Made by a program: the position numbers and the translations under genes
Part shown: positions 11,827-24,329 of the stretch, piece after piece
How the letters are laid out: the number at the start of each line of letters is the position of its first letter
Numbering within the stretch: position 1 is the first letter of the stretch
Notes under the pieces: generated by a model
Databases searched by the model: none
Told to the model about the DNA's origin: nothing
What the model saw: only the letters and a program-made list of their open reading frames with translations
Origin: Geosiphon pyriformis uo1
Lineage: Eukaryota > Fungi > Glomeromycota
Length of the DNA: 35,993 nt
Reading direction: 5' to 3'
Assembly (NCBI GenBank): GCA_016748015.1
Contig: JAAOMT010000791.1
Coordinates: 32,372 to 68,364, forward strand

Positions 11827-13145
11827 TTATATCTGATTTTTGCTGATCATTTGGGTCAGTATTACCACAACAGGTAACCAATCAGGTCGTTTGTAATATT
11901 TCTTGAGTTGTGTATTATGAACAGGGTGATCATTGAAGATTGTTCCATATTGATTTTGTAAGATATAAGAACTATTGTTCAAAACTTTGTTGACTATAAA
12001 GAGTCCTTTCCATTGGCTAGAGAATTTATCACCATAGACATTGTCTTTGTCTGAATGGTATTCTAAAACTAAGTCACCAACACTTAAGAAAAGTGTTTTA
12101 TATGTTTTCTTTTTCTTAAGCTTCTCTTGGAATTGTTTTATCTTTTCAAAGGCAATTATCCATGCTTCTACTAATGAGTCAAGAATGATACCAAGTCTTC
12201 TTTGCAAAATGTCTTTGTAATTCCTTATTGTTATTTTTTCAAAGGGTATTGTCTCAATGTTAGTTTCTATTGGTAGGGTTGCCATTTGTCTATAGAGTAG
12301 ATAAAAGGATTCATAACTTGTTATGTCATGATTCACAGTTTTATAAGCAAACAAAGCTGAAGGCAGTACTTTGTCTCATAAGTTTGTTTCTTCGCTGGTT
12401 TTGGCTAGAGTTTCAAATAGTGTTCTATTGAAATGTTTCACTAGGCCATTTGTTTGGGGGTGATAAGGAGAGGAAAGTTTGTAACATATTCTCATTTTTC
12501 TGCAAAGTTCTTTAACAAGTGTACTGAGAAAAGCTTTTCCTCTGTCAGATAAAAGTTCTTTGGGCAGCCATGGCAACAAATGATATCTTCATAAATGAAA
12601 TTGGCAATTGAGACTGCTGTTTGATCTGGGGTGGCTCTTGTTTCTACCCACTTTGTAAGATAGTTGGTAGCTATTATAATGTATCTGTTGCCATCAGGAG
12701 TTACTGTTAAAGATCCAACAACATCTATACCAATTCTGTCAAATGGTTGACTAACAGAGATTGGATGGATATCTTTCTTGTGATTGGGTTTTCCTCTTCT
12801 TTGGCAGATATCACAGGTTTTAATGTATTCAGCAATGTCTTTTCTTAAGGTAGACCAATAAAAGCAAGCTAAAGTTTTCTGAATTGTTTTTGTTTTTCCA
12901 AAGTGTCCAGCTAATGGATCAGTGTACATATTGTAGATCACAATTTCTCTTTCTTCAAATCTAATGACTCTCTGGAGGCAGTCAGAATTTTTTTTATTTC
13001 TTTTATATAACTGGTTCTGGTGAATCAAATAGAAATTTGATTGTTTGTGCAAATGTTCTCTTTGCTGTTGAGTATAGTCTGGCAGGTATTGTTCTTTACC
13101 CAAAAATTCCATTAAGGCAGAGTAGTTGTCCAAGTCTATTATTAT
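11827..13145 (-). pseudogene. Element A integrase, degenerate
   Basis: Zn-binding AGHFGK...CDICQ, then IGIDVVG, LSDRG, PYHPQTNGLVKHFN and a GPY/F-like WKGLF. Contains a frameshift and stops. Confidence 0.92.
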
Positions 13146-13204
13146 GTTTGTTTGTGAGGGAGTTACAAATAATTAAGTTGGTTTGATTTGAGAGGGTTTT
13201 ACTA

Positions 13205-16076
13205 TTACTGGATGGTAAGTCTGGAAAAAGCATCGGCGTTTTAATGATTAGCTCTTTTGCAGTATTGAATGTTATAGTCGAATTCATTCAAGTGGAGTAT
13301 CCAGTGAGTTATCCATTTATGTTCCAGATTTTTTTTGTTGCGTAGCCAAACCAAAGCTTGGTGATCTGTTACCACCAAAAATTTCACACCCTTAAAATAT
13401 TTGTCCCAGTAGCTGGTAGCCCAAACTACTGCTAAGCATTCTTGCTCAGTGACTGAGTAGTTCCTTTCTGCTGGTGTGAGAGTTCTACTGGCATATGCTA
13501 TAACATGTTCCCTGTCATCTTCATCTTTCTGGGAAAAAACAGCACCAAGTCTATAGCCAAATACATCAGTATGGAGAATAAAAGGTCGATTCAGATTAGG
13601 TTGCATGAGAATGGGTTCTGTAACCAGTTTTTCCTTCAGAATTTCAAATGTTTTTTGTTGATGAGTGCCCCAGTGATAATTGATGTTTTTCCTAAGTAGC
13701 TGATTGAGAGAAGTGGCGATTTTGGAGAAATTTTTGACAAACTTGCAATAATAAGAGGCCAAACCAAGAAAAGAGTGTAGTTCATGAACATTCATTAGTT
13801 GTCTAATGTTTTGAACTTTTTCAATTTTGGCTGGATCAGGGAAGATTCCATCTTTTGTAATAAGATGGCCAAGAAACTGGGTAGATTGACATCCAAAGAA
13901 TGATTTAATTGGATTGATCTTAAGACCAGCATTTTTAAGGAGATCAAAAACCTTTTGCAAATGTTCAAGATGTTCATCCCAGGTTTTTGAGTATACCATT
14001 ATGTCATCCAAGTAGACTAGAACAAAGTTTTTTTTTACTGATTCAAATACTTTGTCCATTAAGTATTGAAAGATGGGAAGAGCATTTATGAGACCAAAAG
14101 GCATGACTGTGAATTCATAGATGCCATACTTAGTAATGAAGGCAGTTTTCTTTCTGCTTTCTGGATCCATCTCTACTTGCCAGAATCCAGCAGTTAAGTC
14201 AATGATTGAAAAGAAAGCGGCACCATGGAATTGGTCTAGCATTGTATCAATCTTGGGAAGTGGGTACATGTCTCTTTTAGTAATGGCATTTAATTGGTGA
14301 TAGTCAACACAAAAGTGTAGGGTTCTTCCTTTCTTAGATACCACTACAACTGAAAATGCCCATTTGCTCTTGGTTTCCTGTATGAATCCAAGGTTTTTCA
14401 TTCGGGTTATTTTCTTTTTGATAAACTCATCATTGCGCCAGTTGGATTAATAGGGCTTTAAATAGATGGGGTAAGTTTCTCTGGTGATAATGGTGTGTTG
14501 TATTACATGTGTACGTCTAGAAAATTCACCTTCTTTTGAAATAACTGGGTTGTTTCTAGCCAGCAGATTTTCAATGTCTATTTTTCTTTTTTTTGGAGAG
14601 GGTTCTCTTTGTTCTACAACCAGTAATTGGATTTCAGGTGGTTTGTTTTCAAAGGACTTTTGGACTTCTTTTATTTCCTTTTGGAGTATCAAGCTAATTG
14701 GTTCCCAATCTTTGTAATAGATCAGGCAGGACATGCATTTATTGCTAGGAGAATACAATGGTTTGTTGCACCAGCACTGGGCACAAGGACCATGCCACCA
14801 ATAACTGTATTTGGCTTTTTTGCCTGGCTTTCTGTTAAAGGTTTTTCTGAGCATGTCATAATAAGACCAGCAGATCAGCTTGCCATTGACAATGATTCCT
14901 TTTTTATCTGTCTTGACATTATCCAGTGGTTTGCCATTGTTGGTGAAAATGGTATAGGCGAGTTCAGCAGTTTCTTTTTGTTCTTTTTGTTCTTCTTCTT
15001 TCTCACTTTCTTCATCATCTGATTCGTCTGATTCATTTTCTTCTGGGCTCTGCTTGGGTACTGGGGGAGTTGTCCAATGTTGACATTTAACCACAATGGG
15101 TTTCTCACCACATCTGATGGTTAGTTCACAGAGTTCATAATCAAGCAAAACTTTTGCTTTCTTGAGCCATTTATTGCCAACAATGATGGTGTATTCTTTC
15201 ACTTCAAATACTTCCATATTAGTTTCAATGCTGATGCCATTGATGCAGACAGGAATAGCTTTGGCTATGCCAAGCTCTTTCTTCTTATTACCATGTATAT
15301 TGGTCATTGGTCATGTAAATGGTTTATCAATTTTTCTGCCAATTGCTTCAAGAAAGTGTTTAGCAATAACACTAACAGATGATCCACTGTCTAGAATCAA
15401 ATCAATAAAGTAGCCAGCCACTTGGACTTTGCAAATTAGAAGAGTAACATTGCTATTGTCAGCAAGTCCAGCTTGATGAGGGCGTTTGTTGGTTTTGGGT
15501 GTCTTTTTCTTTGGAATCAGAAATTTGTGAAGATCTTTTCTGAATTGTGGATGGGTCATTAATTGGCCAAAGGTTATATGTGCTGGAGTTTCCATGAGGT
15601 CTTTGACAACAGAATAGGGGCCGGATTTTTGTACTATTTCTGGGGGTTCCAACTTTGGAGGGTTCTTGAAAACTTTGGCTTTTGGGGGCTCATTGTGGTC
15701 AACAGTTGATGTAGAAGCTTTATTGGAGTCCAGAACGAAATCAACTTTGGCTTTCTTCTTCTTTTTTGTGGATTCAGAGGGGTTGATTGCTAGTTCATCT
15801 ATGTCATGGTCATTATCAGTTAAGTTAAAAGCATAAAAGGGGTTTTCTTCTGGTTGGCTTGCACTCTCACCCTTTGGAGGTGCACCTACCAATTTAAAGG
15901 CTGATAAACAGTGGCTTCAACTAGGGGATCCTTTCCAAAGAAATTGATGTTGGCATGATTGGGTCTTTGATTGGGGACATTGTTGTTGTTGTTGGGTCTG
16001 TTGTTTTGGTTGTCATTGTTTCTGGGAGCTAGAAGAGGCAGTGGAGAATTGTTACAATCTCTTGAATAATGTCCAG
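13205..16076 (-). pseudogene. Element A gag end, protease, Cys-rich spacer, reverse transcriptase and RNase H
   Basis: Motifs LILDSGSSVS, FCVDYHQLN, DLTAGFWQV, MPFGL, YLDD, YSVTEQECLAVVWA, TDHQAL and NADAFSR. Several stops. Confidence 0.93.
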
Positions 16077-17089
16077 TGTTACCAGTAGAATTTTAGCTAT
16101 TAATTAGCATGAAATTACCCTTATAATTCCTATAATTCATTAGTATATTAAAATTATTTCAAATTATCATTTATTATTTAATCAATTATCACATATCACG
16201 ATTCAATTAAAATAATCTAATTAGTATAACAGAAAGTAGGATGATCAAATTACACAATACTCTGAACTTTGTAACATTCAAAAATTCGCCGAAATTTACA
16301 GAAATTCGCCGAAATTTATAAGAAATTCGCCGAAATTTACAGAAATTCGCCGAAATTATGAATAGTTCACCCAAATTAATCAATAGTTCAGCGAAATAAC
16401 TTGTAGTTCATCAAAATGTATCTTTAGTTTGCTGAAATTTGAGCAAAGAGGAAAAGTGCAAGTTCATAGACTAGTACTACAACAAGTTGTATAAAAAAAG
16501 AGCTTTTTTTTTCTGGAAAAGGTATTTTACTTTAGATTTATCACTTAGAACCATTCTTATACACACAAAAAAAAATAAATATCAAATAATTTGAAAAACC
16601 AAGTTCTTTAATTATTGCACTTGGAAAATCCCCAAAACCCAACTAACATTTCGAAATTGATTAGCTACCAATTTCAGTAAACTGTTAGTGATTCCAGGCC
16701 TGAATAGAAAACGTTTCCCTTGACAGAATTCTATTTCTTTTACATTTCTTTTATTTTTCTTTTATTTTCTTATTACAATCATTAGGGTAGTCTACAGATG
16801 AAATTTCTGTAGAAGAGTTGACTTTCACAGCAAAGTAACTACATATTTTTAGTGAGCTTCCAGACGAGCAATTCCTGGAAAAAAGTTGACATTTACTACA
16901 ACGTAACTACATAAAGTAACTGGCAAAAGAATTGGCCATTCCACTTATAAGCCCAGCAGTTCAAATTATAGAAAATAATTTGAAGATAAATTCAGTTATT
17001 GGAGGTTCAACTACTTCCTGAAAACATGAATTCACAGCAAATCAACATTACCAACATTTAAGAAAAGATACCAAAAACCTCCGGTAACA
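16077..17089 (+). repeat. Element B 5' LTR (1013 bp)
   Basis: About 97% identical to 25018-26029 by hand comparison, with TG...CA termini. Confidence 0.97.
16281..16358. repeat. 4 x 20-21-bp tandem units (AGAAATTCGCCGAAATTTAC) in the B LTR; also at 25222-25299
   Basis: Read directly. The core TTCG-C-CGAA is an inverted repeat. Confidence 0.9.
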
Positions 17090-17091
17090 TT

Positions 17092-17108
17092 TGGTGCTCT
17101 CCCATAGA
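17092..17108 (+). promoter_or_regulatory. Element B primer-binding site
   Basis: TGGTGCTCTCCCATAGA starts 2 nt after the 5' LTR and shares TGGTGCT with the A and C PBSs. Confidence 0.75.
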
Positions 17109-17134
17109 AATAACACAGCAACAACAAATTCAAA

Positions 17135-19560
17135 GTGGCAACCACACCAGACACAGCAACTCTAGAGTATTATCAGTCAATTTACACCCACTGCAAGCAA
17201 AAATTCAACATTCCAGACGGAATTGAAGTTGTAAAGAAATCAGTATACCAATACATTGAAAACCACATCAACAATTATCTTTTTGGAAACTACAACATTT
17301 CAGAAGTTAGAAGCAACCTTTACAATAATTTAGTGCACTATTCACAATTGGGAACAGAAGACCTGAACAGTGAAACACTTGCTACCTATTTCTAAGAACT
17401 TAATTTTAACATTATTGAGTATTGTGAAAAAAAATACCCAGTACAGTCTAAATACTCTTTTGACTTTGAATCAAAGACAGAAACAAGCAACAAAGGCAAA
17501 CAAAGATTGAAGCAATATTCAAGAACCACTCCAAACACTCCAACACTACAAAAGACAACTGCCAAACACTTGCAAACACCTGAACAAGGAACCAGTATCA
17601 AATTACCACTTTCTATTACACTATTTCCAATTTCACTTGTTCAACCACAAATACCAAGTTCACCACTTAGCCGTTTCTCCAGACCAGAAGATTTTCAGTC
17701 ACCTAGAAATCCTACTTAACAGCAAAAACCAATATCAACAAGTGCCAATATCATTGATTACTTACAGGAAAACGAAAGTAATCACTCAGAAAGCTTGGAA
17801 AGTGAAGAAACTGAATTAGAACCAGAAGAAATTACAGAAAATGAAGAAGAAATGGCAACTGCTTACATTGCAAAAATCCCAAAATTCACTGGTAAAGACA
17901 ATGATACCAGTCCTCAAGAATGGCTTGACAAGGTTCAAAAAGCAGGAGATGCAAATGGTTGGATTGCAGCAAAAATGCTCAAAGCAATTCCCTACTTTCT
18001 CCAAGGAACAGCAAGAGAATGGTTTGAAAATTTAGAAGAACTATTTGAAAACTGGCAAGCATTCAAAGATGCTTTTCTACAACAATTTACCAACAACAAT
18101 ACCTCTATCACTCTCAGAAACTGCTTTCGCAATATCAAACAAGAAACATCTGAATCTGTTATGACCTATCTTGGAAGATTTAACAAACTTCTCAGACAAA
18201 TCTGACAATTGGAAACCAATGACTACTATTCTAATGCTCAAATTCTGGATCAGTTTATAGCAGGATTAAAAGACAAACTGATTAAGAAAGTCCATTCACA
18301 TGCTCCAGCAGACTTAGCAACTGCTATTAAACATGCAAAAAGCTATGAAATGGCAATGGAAGAAGCAAATCACACCAAGCTTGTAAACCTTGCAATTGGA
18401 GAAACCAGCTCAGCAGCTGAAGAAAAGATAGACCAACTCACAAAGAAAGTTGAAAGCTATTTTACAAACCAACAACAACAGCAGCAACAACCACAAAGAT
18501 ATCAACCACCACAATGACACAACCAAAACAATTTTGGATTATCATCCAACAACCAATCTCAAAATTGTCATTATTGTGGAATTCCAGGACACTGGAAACG
18601 AGATTGTAGGAAATTGCAAAGAGACCAACAAAACAGGAGTAATCAACATTACTCTTCACCACAACAATCTTATTACTAATCTCCACCACCAACCTATTAT
18701 TCACCAAGACCACAAAATCAAAACTACTATCCACCAGCTTCACAATCAATGCAACAACAATATCAGCAACCTTTACCAATTCATCTATATCAAATACCAC
18801 TTACTCAACAATATTAAGTACTAGCAAGAAGATTGGTTCAACATAACCAATTCACACCCCAAAATCAATTGCAGAATAACCACAACAGAATCAATCCAAA
18901 TAACCAGTTGGTTCCCTGAAATTCGGGTCAGCAAAAACCCAATCACTATCACACTCAACCCAGTTATCTTACAATATCAGAGGAATCGGATTTTCAACAA
19001 ACTGCACTTTCTGAAGATGAAGTTGCAGCGCTAAGATCAAACTCTTCCAACCACACCATTCCATCAGCTCAAATTGCCCAAAATGCTAATCTGTCAGATA
19101 TATTTCCATTTGAATTTGAAGCAAATGAATCACCATTTCTGCTTAGTAATGCAGCAGTCAATGAACAGAAAGCAATTACTGCTATGTACACAGAAGCTAC
19201 AGTAGAAGAAAAACCCATTTGCTTAATCTTAGATAGTGAATCAGCTGGAAGTATTATCACTTATCAGCTGATGCAACAACTCAAATGAAATGTAAACAGA
19301 CCAGCTCAAACAGTTATTGTCACAGCTGATGATATGAAAAAAACTCTTGTAGGAGAAATTGATGATTTCCCTTTTTCAATTGATAGAATCACCATTCCAG
19401 TTAAAGTTCTTGTTATAGATGCACCCCAATACCAAGCTCTAGTCAGAAATGATTAGCTTCTCAAGACCAATGCAAACCTGAACTGGGAAACTCAAGAACT
19501 TAAAATCTCATACCAAAGACAATATACCATAGTACCTGCAATCTGTGGTACCTTTAACAA
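17135..19560 (+). pseudogene. Element B gag (N-terminal domain, capsid, CCHC knuckle) and protease
   Basis: IPKFTGKDNDTSPQEWL, IKQETSESVMTYLGRF, QFIAGL, CHYCGIPGHWKRDC and LILDSESAGS all lie in one frame with scattered stops. Confidence 0.9.
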
Positions 19561-19749
19561 ATGATCAGAAAAAGCTCCAGTATTTGAATTTGAAGAGGAG
19601 AAAGAAATGCCACTTACTAAAACCTACATGGCTCTTGGATCAACATCCAATTGGGCTGAAGAAACCAAACAAGAGATTTTTGAAGAATCAAGAGGATGGA
19701 AGAAAGTTAGATATTCTACACCAAAACCACAGAAACAACCACCCTATAT

Positions 19750-20350
19750 TCCACTCAAATGCAAAGATTGCAACAAAAAACTTTCATCAATGGGAGCATG
19801 TATTTTTCCAGAAGAGAAATATGAAACTTGTACCTGTTACTTTTGCAAAGCATGCCATAGAGAACGATTTGGATCTCCAAAAAAAAGTGGAAAATAGGAC
19901 AACACACCTTGTCTTACATGTGGAGAAATGCTACCAGAAGAATGCAATTAGATTGATGTAGCAATGAGAAAAGGAGTATGTAATCAAATCTGTCAATATG
20001 CTCTATCAATTTCGGAAAAAGTCAAAAGAGGAACACTATTTAATGCAGCATACAACAGTGCTCTCAATAAACTTTACTATTACCCTCATGATGCTAAAAT
20101 GATTTTTGACCTAGCAATGGCATTGATCAATGGAGCCACCCAAGAAGATGTCCACCAAATGAAAGAAGCTGAATATATTGAGTATACCATGGAATTAGCT
20201 GGATTTGATTATGAAGATGAAGTAGAAACTTACAAGCCACACATATTCGACCAAAGAAGCTCAAATTCAATGATTAGAGCAAATAAACATTCAATTGTGT
20301 GAAGAATGTGTTATGCCTTGTGATGACCAATGGTATTTAGAATGTTATGC
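19750..20350 (+). other. Cys-rich insert in element B pol between protease and dUTPase
   Basis: CKDC...CYFCKAC, CLTC...C...CNQIC and CEECVMPC...EC, in frame with pol apart from one small deletion near 20230. Confidence 0.7.
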
Positions 20351-20469
20351 TCTTAGCATTCCTCTGTTAGATGAGAATGATGAAAATAAAATCGAATTTG
20401 GAGTATCTGAACTAGTAGAAGAACTACCAACCACTCCCATCTATCTTCTTGAAAAGCAACTATCTCTAC

Positions 20470-20898
20470 AACTTAAATATTTTGACAACTATGGCCAAGG
20501 AATTAGACCAGAAAAAGCACACGAAATTGATGCTGGATATGATTTAAGATACCCAGGAAAAGATATTTTGATTCTTCAACCAAAGTCTTTGACAAAAATC
20601 AATCTCAAAATTGCTCTTGAAATTCTACCAAGAGCAATGGTTCAAATTGTCTTCAGATCATCATTGGCGAGCAAAGGAATCAATATTAAAGAAGGAGTTA
20701 TAGATGCAGGATACACTGAAGACATTACCATTATGATACAGAATGAGACAGACAAACCATTCAAAATTAAACATGCTGAAAAAATTGCTCAAGCAATTTA
20801 CTTACCCTTAATCAACATTTTGGGTTTACAATCAGTAAACAACAGAGAACAATTGGAAAAAAGTGAAAGAAAAACTTAAGGTTTTGGTTCAACTGGAC
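20470..20898 (+). pseudogene. dut: Trimeric-type dUTPase domain in element B pol
   Basis: All five motifs are present: AGYDL, RSSLA, GVIDAGY, EKIAQAI and ERKT*GFGSTG (stop inside motif 5). Confidence 0.93.
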
Positions 20899-21290
20899 GA
20901 TTTACAGTCCCAGTAAACATAGTTCTTAATACACAAAATGAATCTCACCAGATTCTTCAACTTCCTTAGCCAATTACTATTTTACCTTTTGGAAAACATC
21001 ATGAAATTTACACTTGCTCAAAACCCACCACTACACAACAAATCTTTGAATCCAATGAACAAATCTGTTTGAAGCATGAAATATCAATTCCAAACGTTTA
21101 TATTCCCAAAGGAATGAAAAAATTTTGAGTTACATTCTACAATCCCAATAATTACCCTATTGTTTTATTAAACAAATTAGAAATTGGAATCATACACAGC
21201 AATATCTTTCAAGATAAAAACCCTCAAATTGTCTCTAATTTCATCGAAATTGTAAAGCACACTCTACTCCCAAATCCAAATATCATTCCC

Positions 21291-22745
21291 ATGACTGAAA
21301 ACTACCACTTGTTGGAAGAAAAACTCTCTCGAATCAATATGAGTCCCTTAGAACCTCAACAACAAAGACAATTGAAACAATTGATAGCTGAATTTGCAGA
21401 TATATTTGCAAAAGACAACAATGACTTGGGAAAAACAGACATTGTTCAACATCAGATCCATACAAGAGATGCTCTACCAAAACATCAACAAGCTTATCAA
21501 GTGCCACCTGCCAGCCACCAATTCATCAGAGAAGAGATCCAAAGAATGCTCAATAACAGATTGATTCAACCATTAAGAAGTCCTTGGGCCTCACCAGTAG
21601 TTTTAGTTAAAAAGAAAAACGGAAAAATCAGATTTTGTGTTGATTATAGACAACTGAATAGTGTTACAATTGAAGATGTCTACCCTCTTCCAAGAATTAA
21701 TGACATGCTAGATGCTCTAGAAAAAGCCAAGTTCTTTTCAACTTTAGACCTGAAAAGTGGATACTGACAAGTCGAAATGGACCCAAAAGATAGACCCAAA
21801 ACAGCATTCATTACTCAAGGAGGAAATTATGAGTTTAATGTTATGCTTTTTGGACTCTGCAATGCACCAGCAATATTTCAGTGACTCATGGATGTTGTCT
21901 ATGAAGGGCTCTTGTGGCAATCAGTAGTTGTTTATCTTGATGATACTAATGTATACTTACCAAGCTTTGAAGCCCATTTTATTCACCTGCAAGAAGTTTT
22001 TCAACGATTACAAAAAGCAGGATTAAAGTTAAATATTAAGAAATGTCACTTTGGAAAAACAAGCTTGATCTTTTTTGGACACATAGTTAGTAAAGATGGA
22101 ATCAAACCAAATCCAGGAACAATCAGTGCTGTCAAAGACTTTCAAACCCCTAGAAATACTACAGAACTAAGAGAATTTGTGGGATTAGCCTCTTACTATC
22201 AAAAATTCATAAAAAGATTCTCAGAAATTGCCAAACCACTCAATTATCTTACCAACAAAAACGTATCATACAAATGGACTGAAGAACAACAAAAAGCTTT
22301 TGAAATTCTCAAAACAAAATTGACAACAGCCCCAGTTCTTGCTTATTCAGACTTTAACAAACGATTCCAATTAACCACTGATGCCTCACACATAACATTT
22401 GGTGTCATCTTATCACAATTGGATGAAAATAGCCAAGAACAAGTTATTGCCTATGCCAGCAGAACACTCAAGCCAACAGAACTCAAATATGGCTCAACTG
22501 AATTAGAAGCTACTGCAATTATTTGGGCTCTTAAACATTTTCAACAATATCTAAAGAATGGAAAAAAATTTGACATAATAACAGACAACATTGGTCTCAA
22601 ATGGCTCAATAAAAAGAAAACTGAACAAAGTGCCAAACAGTCTCAATGGAATGACTTCCTAGCAGACTACAGATATATTGTACACCACAAACCAGAAAAA
22701 CTACATACCAATGTTGATAGTCTCTCAAGAATGAAACAAGATTAA
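21291..22745 (+). pseudogene. Element B reverse transcriptase and RNase H
   Basis: Motifs [43 protein letters not shown] and NVDSLSR. Confidence 0.95.
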
Positions 22746-22802
22746 TACCAACAACAATTCCACCACAACTTACCAATTTACCAACAAATTAACCAAACAA
22801 GA

Positions 22803-24188
22803 ATGAATTCCAGAAACTACAGCAATCTTAAAAATTATTTGGAAACTCTTACCATGCCAGAAAACTGGTTTCCAAGTAAAAAACACCACTTACAACACCA
22901 ATTAAAACAATATTTCATACACCAGAACAAAATCTATTATAAAAATCACAGAAAACCAAACCAGCCACTCAGACTAGTACAAAAAAATGAAAAAGAAACA
23001 ATTTTATACAACATGTACACAGATCCGTTTTCAGCACACTTGGGAAAAGAGGGAACAATTCAAAGAACTTTTAAACATTATTTTTGGCCTCACATGCAAA
23101 AAGACATTCGACAATATGTAGAATCTTGTGATAATTGTCAAAGAAGAGGAAGAACTTGCCCCACAGAACCTTTAAATCCAATCAAAGTTGGACAACCTTT
23201 TAACAGAGTTAGAATTGATTTAGTCGGACCATTACCTATCACAATCCAAGGAAATCGTTATATTGCAGTTGCAGTGGATTATCTTACCAAATGGCCTGAA
23301 GCTAGAGCCATCCAAAGAGCAGATGCAAAATCAGTAACAAATTTCATCTATGAAGACATTATCTGTAGACATGAATGCCCAATTGAACTCTTATCTGATT
23401 AAGGAACACATTTTGTGAACAACTTGATACAAGAAATTTGTTAACGGTTCAATGTTAAAAAACCTTTATCATTATCTTATCACCCTCAAACAAATGAACT
23501 TGTAGAACGTTTTAACAGAACATTGTGTAAATCTCTAGCCAAAGTCTCAACAAACTTTGAGCAGGAATGAGATATCTTTATTCCATTAATGTTACTAGCA
23601 TATAAAACACTAAAACAAGATACTATGAAACACACACCATTTGATCTTACTTATGGAAAGACAGCAACATTACCAATTAATTTCACAGTGAAAACATATC
23701 CAGTGCAACCAATCAATGAAGAAAACTTTCAAGAGACACTCCAAAAAAGAGCCTACACTCTTCTTAGTACACTGGAAGAAAAAAGAAGAATAGCAGCAAC
23801 TCATATTGAACATTCCCAAGCTCAACAAAAAGAAAGACATGACAACAAATTACCACCTATTACCAATGAATTTAAAGTTGGAAATAAAGTTTTCTTACAC
23901 AGAACTAAGGCTGAAAAACAATGGAATGGGAAATTTGAAAACAAATGAGATGGACCATTTTATATTCACGAAATTCTAGACAATAGATCATATAAGTTAA
24001 GACTTGATGACAAAATATTAGCAAAAGTTGCACATGGAGACAGATTGAAACACTATTATTCCAGAAATAATCCTGAATCATTAATTCCACAAATTGGTAC
24101 ACATTCCTCTTTAATTAATCCTGAAGATATTCCCCGAAATTTAGAACCAATAATTATAATAGAACAACAACCAAACTTGAACACTTAA
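22803..24188 (+). pseudogene. Element B integrase
   Basis: Motifs SAHLG...CDNCQ, IDLVGP, LSD*GTHF, YHPQTNELVERFN and *DGPF. In-frame stops present. Confidence 0.93.
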
Positions 24189-24329
24189 ATTTTACAATAA
24201 TTCTCTAATAAAAACACAAAGACAAAAATAGTAAATAATTACAAAACACCCAAACCCAAAAACAAATAAAAACCCCATATCCAAAAATCATTTTCTTATT
24301 CTCTCTTTTTATAATTAGTCAATTTTATC

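Noticed and set aside
14484-15413. Antisense or alternative-frame ORFs over gag/pol (also 9817-10462, 17392-18824, 26753-27056, 31271-31564)
   Set aside because: These are shadow frames of coding or repeat sequence with no independent support.
16271-16276. Internal GTAACA in the B LTR as a possible nested LTR end
   Set aside because: It is present identically in both LTRs, with no TSD, PBS or separate partner.
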